The translations under genes and the position numbers were made by a program. The notes beneath the pieces were generated by a model. That model was not told the DNA's origin. It saw nothing but the letters and a program-made list of their open reading frames with translations, and searched no databases. Source: Bordetella parapertussis (GTDB lineage Bacteria > Pseudomonadota > Gammaproteobacteria > Burkholderiales > SG8-41). Taken from it: a stretch of 64,000 nt of DNA. Shown here in pieces: positions 56,510-64,000 of this stretch. The stretch is from the NCBI GenBank assembly GCA_945906935.1, contig CAMDSO010000001.1, forward strand, positions 67,596-131,595, written 5' to 3'. Position 1 is the stretch's first letter. Each line of letters starts with the position of its first letter.

Positions 56510-57463
56510 TTATTGTTTTATAAAAGCCGGCACCACGTCGCGCACAAAGGTTTCCATCTGTTCGACCTGATCGGTACCGGCAATGCGGATGCACAGATCG
56601 GTCACGCCCGCCGCCTCGTAGAGCTTCAGCGTTTCAATCACCTTGGCGACCGGCCCTAACCCCATCAGCCCGCGGTAATTGACACCACCGCCGTAATATT
56701 CGGCCAGAAACTTCGCCGTATCGGCTTCGGCTTTGGCCACATCGTTTTCAATGCGCACCGTCGTATACACGCACATCGGAAAATCAGGCAGCGAACGATT
56801 CTGTTTCAGCAGCGCTTCGTTACACAGTTCGCGCAGCTTGCGGCAATCGTCATCGGTCAGATAAGTGGCGATAATGCCGTCGCCGAGACGCGCAAAGCGG
56901 TCGATCTGCGCCGGGATAAATTCGCCACGATTGCCCGCCGTCATCAGCACGGGAGGGCCAGCCTCATTCCACGGCAGCGGACCGATGGTGTGATCGGTCA
57001 GTTTGAAATCGCTGCCTTGATAGGTCACCGGCTCGCCGCTCCACAACATGCGCCAGACAGTGACATGTTCTTCGAGATCTTTGACACGCCGCTTGTGCAC
57101 GCGGCCGCAGGCCTCCCATTCGCGCTCGATAGCCGGCAACTTCCAGCCGACCCCAAGGCCCAGCACCAGCCGGCCCTGCGAAATCTGATCAATGTTGGCG
57201 AGCGCACCAGCGAGCACCGTCGGCTGACGCAAGGCCGGCAGCAAAATCGCCGTGCCCAAACGTGCACGCTTGGTCATTGCCGCGACATACGCCAGGGTGG
57301 TCAGCGGATCGAGCCGCGGTTTGGCGACGATGGAATCGCCGACCCAGACATCCATGCCTGCTTCATCAGCCATGCGCGCGATGGTCCAGCACTGCTCGAC
57401 CGGCGGACGCCGCGCGGATTGAATCACTACACCCCGATGGGGCAACAACACGCCTAATCTCAT
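56510..57463 (-). CDS. Luciferase-like monooxygenase (LLM) class oxidoreductase, probably F420-dependent
   Basis: It has a TIM-barrel LLM pattern (..LGTAILLPALRQPTVLAGALANIDQISQGRLVLGLGVGW..). It lies next to the F420 biosynthesis genes. Confidence 0.8.
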   Translation of the reverse strand: MRLGVLLPHRGVVIQSARRPPVEQCWTIARMADEAGMDVWVGDSIVAKPRLDPLTTLAYVAAMTKRARLGTAILLPALRQPTVLAGALANIDQISQGRLVLGLGVGWKLPAIEREWEACGRVHKRRVKDLEEHVTVWRMLWSGEPVTYQGSDFKLTDHTIGPLPWNEAGPPVLMTAGNRGEFIPAQIDRFARLGDGIIATYLTDDDCRKLRELCNEALLKQNRSLPDFPMCVYTTVRIENDVAKAEADTAKFLAEYYGGGVNYRGLMGLGPVAKVIETLKLYEAAGVTDLCIRIAGTDQVEQMETFVRDVVPAFIKQ

Positions 57464-57545
57464 TTAAATCTCCCCCTGATTCTGTAATGCCATTTTGTCG
57501 GAGCCTCGTTCACTCATTGTGTTGAGAAACACGCGCAGCCGCATC

Positions 57546-58769
57546 CTAAACCACGCCATCCGCTTTGAGTTTAGCAATTTCAGCATCGCTCTTCTTCAGC
57601 GACTGGCGCAGGATTTCATCGGTGTGCTGGCCCAGCGCAGGTGGCGGCACCTCATGCTTGATCGGCGTGCCGGAAAAGCGCATCGGACTCGCCACCAGCG
57701 AGACCTTGCCGGCCACCGCATGCGGCAATTCGATTTTCATACCGCGCGCGATCACCTGCGGTTCTTCGAACACCTGTTGCAGATTGTTGATCGGACCGTT
57801 GGCAACGCCCGCGTCGTCAAGTAGCTTGACCCACTCCTTGGTCGTGCGTTTGGCGAACAACGCATTGAGCAGCGCGGTGATTTCGGCGCGGTTCTGTACG
57901 CGCGCCGCATTGGTCGAGAATTTCAGATCGGTCGTGAGCTCCATGCAACCGGCGACTTCGCAAAACTTCTTGAACAGGTTGTCGTTGCCGCAGGCCAGAA
58001 TGATCGCCCCATCGGCGGTATTGAAAGTTTGATACGGCACGATGTTCGGATGCGCATTGCCGATGCGCTCGGGCGACACACCGGTGGCCAGATAATTCAT
58101 GCCCTGATTGGCCAGATACGCCACCGTGGTGTCGAGCAGCGCGACGTCGATCCACTGGCCCTTGCCGGTGACGGCACGATTGGCGAGTGCGGCGCAGATC
58201 GCAATCGTCGCGTACATGCCAGTGGTCAGATCAATGATCGGCACACCGCAACGCTGCGGCCCGCCACCGGGCACGCTATCGGGCTCGCCCGTGATGCTCA
58301 TCATGCCACCCATGCCCTGCGCCATGAAATCGTAGCCGGGACGGTCTTTGTAGGGGCCGGTCTGGCCGAAGCCGGTGACCGAGCAATAAATCAAACCCGG
58401 ATTGATTTTGGCGAGGTCTTCATAACCAAGACCATAACGCGCCAGATCACCGACCTTGTAGTTTTCGAGCAGCACGTCGCACTCCGCGGCGAGCTCGCGC
58501 ACCAGTTGCTGGCCCTCGGGCTTGGTGAGATTGACCGTGATCGAACGCTTGCCACGATTGGCGGCGCAGAAGTACGCCGACTCGCGGGTCTCGTTGCCGT
58601 TCTCGTCTTTCAGAAACGGCGGCGCATACGCGCGCGAATCATCGCCTTTGACTGGGCGCTCAACCTTGATCACATCGGCGCCGAGATCGGCCAGATTCTG
58701 CGCGGCCCACGGAGCGGCCAGCACACGCGACATGTCGAGAACTTTGATATGGGATAACGGGCCAGACAT
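57546..58769 (-). CDS. Family III CoA-transferase (CaiB/BaiF/Frc-like)
   Basis: It has IKVLDMSRVLAAPWAAQNLADLGADVIKVERP and the catalytic Asp region. Confidence 0.9.
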   Translation of the reverse strand: MSGPLSHIKVLDMSRVLAAPWAAQNLADLGADVIKVERPVKGDDSRAYAPPFLKDENGNETRESAYFCAANRGKRSITVNLTKPEGQQLVRELAAECDVLLENYKVGDLARYGLGYEDLAKINPGLIYCSVTGFGQTGPYKDRPGYDFMAQGMGGMMSITGEPDSVPGGGPQRCGVPIIDLTTGMYATIAICAALANRAVTGKGQWIDVALLDTTVAYLANQGMNYLATGVSPERIGNAHPNIVPYQTFNTADGAIILACGNDNLFKKFCEVAGCMELTTDLKFSTNAARVQNRAEITALLNALFAKRTTKEWVKLLDDAGVANGPINNLQQVFEEPQVIARGMKIELPHAVAGKVSLVASPMRFSGTPIKHEVPPPALGQHTDEILRQSLKKSDAEIAKLKADGVV

Positions 58770-58853
58770 TTTTCTTCCTTATTGAGCAGTCGAAATTAAG
58801 CGATATGCGCGCGGCACCTCAAGCGTGCCGCCTCACACCTCACTCCTTACGCC

Positions 58854-59636
58854 TTACTTGCCTTTGAAAACAGGCTTGGTTTTGTTGATGAACGCATCGT
58901 AACCGATGCGATAGTCTTCGGTTTTGAAATAGTCGAAGTTGGCGTTGATCTCAACGGCGGTCAACGGCGTCGCCTGCGGCGTCAAGCGGCGGATAAACTG
59001 TTTATGCCAACGCGCCACCAAGGGCGCGCCGTCAGCGATACGCCGCGCGGTTGCATAGGCTTCGTCGATCACCTTGTCGTCGGCTACCACTCGCGTCAGC
59101 AAGCCTTTGGCAAACGCCTCGTCAGCGCGCCACATGCGCCCCTCGATCAAAATCTCCGCGGCAACCGCACGCCCCGCCACCGCGATCAATCCGGCGAGTT
59201 CGCCATAGGCCAATGCAAAGCCGAGGCGGTTGATCGGCACGCCAAGCCGCGCAGACACACCGGCAATGCGCAAATCACAGCAGCACGCCAATTCAAGTCC
59301 GCCGCCGGCGCAAGCACCTTTGATCAAGGCAACGGTCGGATGCCGGCATTCGGCCAGCGCCTTCAAGGCAGTGGCGACGGTTTCAAGATGATAGGTCTTG
59401 CCCTGCTCGACGTTGTTGCGCTGCATGGCAAACTCGGCAATATCAGCACCCGCCGCAAACGCCTCATCCCCGGCGCCGCGCAGCACGATACAACGCAGGC
59501 TGTCATCCGCAGACAATTCATGCATCACGCGCGCGAGCTCGCGCCACATCGCAACGGTTAACGCGTTGAGCTTGGCGGGGTTGTTGATGGCAACGGTGGC
59601 AATGACGCCGTCGCGCGTGAGGTCGATTGAGGACAA
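58854..59636 (-). CDS. Enoyl-CoA hydratase/isomerase (crotonase) family protein
   Basis: Motifs include VLRGAGDEAFAAGADI and GACAGGGLELACCCDLRIA. Confidence 0.9.
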   Translation of the reverse strand: MSSIDLTRDGVIATVAINNPAKLNALTVAMWRELARVMHELSADDSLRCIVLRGAGDEAFAAGADIAEFAMQRNNVEQGKTYHLETVATALKALAECRHPTVALIKGACAGGGLELACCCDLRIAGVSARLGVPINRLGFALAYGELAGLIAVAGRAVAAEILIEGRMWRADEAFAKGLLTRVVADDKVIDEAYATARRIADGAPLVARWHKQFIRRLTPQATPLTAVEINANFDYFKTEDYRIGYDAFINKTKPVFKGK

Positions 59637-59939
59637 GGCGGGTTCCTGAAAGAAGAATCATTTTAGCCCGCGACCGCACGCCCTTGCCATTGAGAAATCG
59701 ACGTGCCGATTTGCAAACCATACCTGCATCGCAGGCGACCGTTGGCAGCGGCTGCTATCCACAGGCGCCTGGAAATAATCCCGGACCGGGGATAAAACAA
59801 GCGGCGCTGATTCCCCGGTTTTTCTTTGCGTTTCGAACATTGTGCAAACGGCGGTTGGGTCCGGTAGACTCACGCGCCTTTGCCGAGACTCTACAAGCAG
59901 TGAGCGACGGTTGATTTTAAATCTTGAGGGGAGTGTTGC

Positions 59940-60761
59940 ATGGGTTTCTACCGTTTCGAAAACTTGAAGTCGTTTCACTTCAATCCCCACCTTTCTTCAA
60001 CCCAAGGCCCCATTATCGAGGGGGAATATATGTATTTCCGGCGCGTCACCAAGCCGGCGGGCGGCAAAGGCCGGCTACACTACCACCCGAATGAATTCAT
60101 GGCCTTTTTGCTTGAAGGAAAAATTAGCGCGGTCGTCGGCAAGGGTCTCAAGAACGTGCGGCCTGGAACCCTGATACACATCCCGTCAAATGCCCGCCAT
60201 CGGTTTATCGCCCGTGAAGACCTGAAATATCTCTACGTTAAGGATCGCACCTGGACCATGATCGGTGCAGCGGCAGATGAAGCGTTGCCGGAACGCGCAC
60301 GTTCGGCAATCGAAGTGGCAAAAGACATCAAGGCTGGTATCTATCCTGGCGGCAAAAAAGCACCCGAAAAATCGCAGGCCATCATCGAGGGCCTCGGCAA
60401 CTGCTTCTATCCGTTAATCGATAAGCTCGATGCCCCTGCCGCCTCAGGACACTGTGAACGCTGGACCGAGGGTGCGAACCTGGCATTCGGCTTTATCGAA
60501 TCGCCGCCCGGCCACAAAACCGCAGAGAAAAAGGCCGCGCATGAAATTTTTGCGTATGTCATCAGCGGCATGCTGGACGCGCAGGTGGGCCGCAAAAAGC
60601 ATCGGGCGAAGGCCGGTGATGTTATCCACATAGCGCGCAATATGTCCTACCACCTCGACGTTTATGGCAGGCACCCGGTGCGTTACGCCGCAGTCCGTTC
60701 CACCGAACGGCTCGAGGCGGCTGTCGCAAAAAACGGCGCCTCAGACAACTGGCGCGGCTGA
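59940..60761 (+). CDS. Bicupin protein (metal-binding cupin)
   Basis: The first cupin has HYHPNE...GTLIHIPSNARH (an HxH..E..H pattern). The second cupin has HEIFAYVISG...GDVIHIARN. Confidence 0.65.
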   Translation: MGFYRFENLKSFHFNPHLSSTQGPIIEGEYMYFRRVTKPAGGKGRLHYHPNEFMAFLLEGKISAVVGKGLKNVRPGTLIHIPSNARHRFIAREDLKYLYVKDRTWTMIGAAADEALPERARSAIEVAKDIKAGIYPGGKKAPEKSQAIIEGLGNCFYPLIDKLDAPAASGHCERWTEGANLAFGFIESPPGHKTAEKKAAHEIFAYVISGMLDAQVGRKKHRAKAGDVIHIARNMSYHLDVYGRHPVRYAAVRSTERLEAAVAKNGASDNWRG

Positions 60762-60777
60762 TCGCGGACGGAATCTC

Positions 60778-61749
60778 ATGAGCCCAGTCGCGTCGTTCTG
60801 CCTCGTCGCCGCACTGCTGCTGCCAGCGGCACTCAGCCATGCTCAAACCATGAGCTATCCGACAAAACCAGTGCGCATCATCGTCGCGACACCGCCCGGC
60901 GGCCCCTACGACGAAACCGCGCGCGCCATCGGCCCGCGCCTTACTGCGATATGGGGTCAGCAGGTAATCGTTGATAACCGGCCAGGCGCGGCCAACATCA
61001 TCGGCGCCACCACCGCCGCAAAATCCCCGCCCGATGGCTATACGTTTTTTCTTGCCAATGTTGCCTCCCAGGCCATCACCCCGGCGTTGCGAAAAAATCT
61101 TCCTTATGACCCGCAGCGCGACTTCGCACCGGTGACACTGATGCTATCCTCGCCCTTGGTCATCGTCGTGCATCCGTCGATGCCCGCAAAAACAATTCGT
61201 GACCTGGTAAATCTGGCCCGCGCCAGACCCGGCAGCCTGAATTACGCCTCGGCGGGTGTTGGCAATTTGCAGCATCTGGCGATGGAAATGCTGCAATCGG
61301 CTGCCGCCATTCGCATGAACCATGTACCCTACAAAGGTTCGGCACACGCTTCGGTGGATCTCATCGCCGGTCACGTCGATTTGATGTTCGCCAACATTGC
61401 CGGTGCCATGGTCCATATCAAGGGTAACCGTATTCGCGCTATCGCCGTTTCGGCGGCGAAGGGCTCCACACTGCTGCCCGATCTACCGGCCGTAGCAACA
61501 ACCTATCCCCAATTTGACGTTACAACATGGATGGCCCTGCTGGCGCCGGCAGGCACACCGCGCGATATCATCAACAAAGTTGGCGCAGACGTGAACCGCG
61601 TGCTCAAGTCATCGGAGATGCAGGAACGCTTTGTCAGTCTTGGCCAGGAAGTGATCGCCGGCCCGCCCGAACAGGTGACCGAATACGCCCGCAGGGATGG
61701 CGCGCGTTACGCGGCGATCATACGAGAAATAAACCTGGCTCCCGAATAA
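60778..61749 (+). CDS. Bug/TctC family substrate-binding protein
   Basis: Start chosen at MSPVASFCLVAALLLPAALSHA (signal peptide). It has SYPTKPVRIIVAT and VPYKGS. Confidence 0.9.
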   Translation: MSPVASFCLVAALLLPAALSHAQTMSYPTKPVRIIVATPPGGPYDETARAIGPRLTAIWGQQVIVDNRPGAANIIGATTAAKSPPDGYTFFLANVASQAITPALRKNLPYDPQRDFAPVTLMLSSPLVIVVHPSMPAKTIRDLVNLARARPGSLNYASAGVGNLQHLAMEMLQSAAAIRMNHVPYKGSAHASVDLIAGHVDLMFANIAGAMVHIKGNRIRAIAVSAAKGSTLLPDLPAVATTYPQFDVTTWMALLAPAGTPRDIINKVGADVNRVLKSSEMQERFVSLGQEVIAGPPEQVTEYARRDGARYAAIIREINLAPE

Positions 61750-61785
61750 AAGCGCGTGCCGTGCGACAGGCGGCCTCTGGATAGC

Positions 61786-62964
61786 CTAGCCTGCTCGCAA
61801 CAACTTGTCTTCAAACCAGTTGCCGATTTCACCCACTGCCAGCGACATATAATCACGCTGACAGTGCTGGCCGCCGCCTTCTTCTTTAGTGAATATGCGC
61901 AAGGTCTTGTCTGCGGAACCGGCAGCATCGTAGAGCGCCTGCGCGTCGGCCAGCGGTACCTGCTCGTCATCGGCACCGTGCAGGATCAGAAACGGGCAGC
62001 GCATTTTCTGCACCACGCCATCGTGACGGTAATCGGCAAGTTTTTGCAAAGCGGCATCCATGCTGCACACCCCAAGCACCCAGGTGATATGGTGTCCTGG
62101 CACTGACATCGAGGCATTAAATGCCGCTTCAATGCGGCGTTTCCAGGTGGCGTGGTAATCCCAGATTGCACCCCACGCCACACATGCAGCAAAGCGCGGC
62201 TCCATGGACGCGCAACGTGGTGCGTAATAACCGCCCAGACTGCTGGCCAGGACACCGATTTTCCCACCGTCCACATCATTACGTGTTTCGAGATAATCGA
62301 TACAAGCAGAGCCGGCCACGTCGTAGTCGTAGCGCAAATAGTGGCCGCGCAAGCGGATCGATTCACCACTGCCCGGGCCATCAACAATCAGGCATGAAAT
62401 GCCGCGTTTAACGAATTCGGCCACGCCACGCATGTATTCGAGTTCTTTGGTGATATCAAGGCCGTCGAAAAAAACGACGCAGGGCGCGCGCTTTGCGCCA
62501 GTATTTTGCGCTTTCACGAAATAAGCCGGCAGACCGGCCGCTTCGTACGGAACTTCAACGATTTCGATATGCACATCCGATAGCTCGATGTAGCGGTGAA
62601 AACATTCGATCGAGGTCTGGAACGCTGCAAGCGCCGCCGCGTCCTTCGGCAGGCGAAACCGTTCTGCCATCTGGTAGTAGCGGCAGGCACGCAGATACGC
62701 CTGCGCAGCAGCAAAGCGATAACGACCGGCGTCCCAGCGCTGCGCCAGCGCACGCACACCGGCCGCGACGGTCGAGCAGGCGTCAAACCATGCGGCATCG
62801 TCTTGTACCGTAGCCGCGTTGAGCAAACGTCCGATCTTGTGTACCTCACCGAGGTCGGTCCCACCCCACTGCGCGGTGCCCAGCATGCTTAAAAAAGCTG
62901 CAGACCAGCGGTAGTTGCCGGGGAAATACATGAAATAGCCTGGCTCTTGCTTGGCCGCATTCAT
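61786..62964 (-). CDS. Alpha/beta hydrolase (FrsA / dihydroxypseudooxynicotine-hydrolase-like C-C or ester hydrolase)
   Basis: It has the nucleophile elbow ASSLGG and the downstream segment LILHGADDEQV. It is 392 aa with an N-terminal helical cap. Confidence 0.72.
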   Translation of the reverse strand: MNAAKQEPGYFMYFPGNYRWSAAFLSMLGTAQWGGTDLGEVHKIGRLLNAATVQDDAAWFDACSTVAAGVRALAQRWDAGRYRFAAAQAYLRACRYYQMAERFRLPKDAAALAAFQTSIECFHRYIELSDVHIEIVEVPYEAAGLPAYFVKAQNTGAKRAPCVVFFDGLDITKELEYMRGVAEFVKRGISCLIVDGPGSGESIRLRGHYLRYDYDVAGSACIDYLETRNDVDGGKIGVLASSLGGYYAPRCASMEPRFAACVAWGAIWDYHATWKRRIEAAFNASMSVPGHHITWVLGVCSMDAALQKLADYRHDGVVQKMRCPFLILHGADDEQVPLADAQALYDAAGSADKTLRIFTKEEGGGQHCQRDYMSLAVGEIGNWFEDKLLRAG

Positions 62965-62979
62965 AGAGTCATCCGTTTT

Positions 62980-63990
62980 TCATTCGGCCTGGATCTGGGC
63001 AGCCTTGATGACTTTGGCCCATTTAACCGTTTCGTTTTTCAAAAATTCCCGGAACTCTTCGGGCCCCAGTCCGGCGATGTCATAGCCTTCCTTGACAAGC
63101 TGTTCGCGCAGTTCTGACTTCAGCACCCGGCGCGTGATTTCATCATGGAGCTTAAGGATGATTTCGCGCGGCGTATTCGCCGGCGCCATGATGCCATTCC
63201 AGTTGTTTGATTCAAAACCAGGCACGCCAGCCTCCGACACCGTTGGCACATCCGGTAGCAACGACGAGCGCTGGCGCCCATTGATACCAAGCACCCGTAT
63301 GCGGCCGTTTTTCATGAGTGGAACGGCGAGCGGGATCGAGAACGTTCTCAGGTCGATCTGCCCGGCAAGCATATCGTTGGTTGCCTGCGCCGTCCCCTTG
63401 TAAGGGATGTGATTCATCTTCGTGCCGGCCAGCGTATTGAAGAGCTCGATCGTCAGGTGACCGACGGTGCCGATTCCGGGCGAGCCGTAGGTAAGCTTGC
63501 CGGGCTGGGCTTTGAGCAAGGCGATCAATTCGCGCACCGTTTTCGCCGGCACGCTTGGGTGTATCGCCACAACGCTGGTTGTATACGTGACCAGAATCAC
63601 CGGCTCAAGCTGACGCACAGGGTCATAGGGCATTTTGGCGTGGAGGCTTGGCGCGATCGTCAACGGACCCGGATTGGCGCCGAGCAGGGTATACCCATCG
63701 GGCGCGGCCTTGGCAACCGCTTCAGTACCGAGCATCCCCCCCGCGGCGGGCCGGTTATCAATAACCACCGGCTGACCCCAGGCTTCGCTCAGCTTTTGTC
63801 CGACCATACGCGCATTCAAATCAGTCGGACCGCCGGCCACGAAGGGAACAACGATACGAATTACCTTGCCAGGATAACTTTGTGCACCCGCCACCGCAGG
63901 CAAGAATGCACCAATAAAAAGAAACGACCGTGGCCAGTGGCACATTCCGGTTGCGGTCAGCGATTTCGACCAATTTGCGATTGCCCGCAT
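62980..63990 (-). CDS. Bug/TctC family substrate-binding protein
   Basis: It has SYPGKVIRIVVPF and IPYKGT. The start is uncertain: 63990, or the internal Met at 63945. Confidence 0.85.
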   Translation of the reverse strand: MRAIANWSKSLTATGMCHWPRSFLFIGAFLPAVAGAQSYPGKVIRIVVPFVAGGPTDLNARMVGQKLSEAWGQPVVIDNRPAAGGMLGTEAVAKAAPDGYTLLGANPGPLTIAPSLHAKMPYDPVRQLEPVILVTYTTSVVAIHPSVPAKTVRELIALLKAQPGKLTYGSPGIGTVGHLTIELFNTLAGTKMNHIPYKGTAQATNDMLAGQIDLRTFSIPLAVPLMKNGRIRVLGINGRQRSSLLPDVPTVSEAGVPGFESNNWNGIMAPANTPREIILKLHDEITRRVLKSELREQLVKEGYDIAGLGPEEFREFLKNETVKWAKVIKAAQIQAE

Positions 63991-64000
63991 AGAAAGATTT

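Noticed and set aside
59637-59939. ORFs of 95 aa (plus) and 110 aa (minus) in the divergent intergenic region between the crotonase and the bicupin
   Set aside because: They overlap each other and have no motifs or SD. The region is more plausibly a divergent promoter/operator, although I could not identify specific sites.

Overview
This window is 64 kb of high-GC proteobacterial chromosome. A Burkholderiales-like betaproteobacterium is my inference, based on five Bug/TctC-type binding-protein paralogs and the local synteny. I found no rRNA, tRNA, CRISPR array, transposase or integrase. The layout is as follows. (1) 1-4.2 kb holds thiC (running off the left edge) with its TPP riboswitch, a pcm-like methyltransferase / rhodanese / tolC trio, and 5-formyl-THF cyclo-ligase. 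(2) 4.3-42.4 kb is one very large LPS region. It contains waaA-waaC, rmlB, rmlA, an RfaH-type NusG paralog, a wHTH regulator and an ops/JUMPStart-like element. These are followed by a clearly lower-GC ABC-transporter (wzm/wzt) O-polysaccharide operon that is unusually rich in methyltransferases. Next come wbpL/wbpM-like initiation genes, an O-antigen ligase and core glycosyltransferases. Converging from the right is a ten-gene msbA-led operon. It reads like an Arn-type undecaprenyl-phosphate sugar relay built around WecE/WecD (a dTDP-4-acetamido-4,6-dideoxyhexose), with an MBOAT/DltD-like O-acylation pair and two Zn-ribbon methyltransferases. This operon is my best candidate for an undescribed system. 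(3) 42.4-46.2 kb holds a cobalamin riboswitch with a TonB-dependent receptor, then zapB-like/zapA/6S RNA/EVE-domain genes. (4) 46.3-64 kb is a catabolic block, mostly on the minus strand. A complete coenzyme F420 pathway (fbiC-fno-cofE-cofD-cofC) sits inside it. The pathway is translationally coupled to a Bug binding protein and is flanked by an LLM oxidoreductase, a CoA-transferase and a crotonase. All family calls rest on reading motifs in the supplied translations and on my own hand translation. No database search was run. Start codons were chosen by eye from overlaps, Shine-Dalgarno sequences and N-terminal similarity, and may be off by a few codons.
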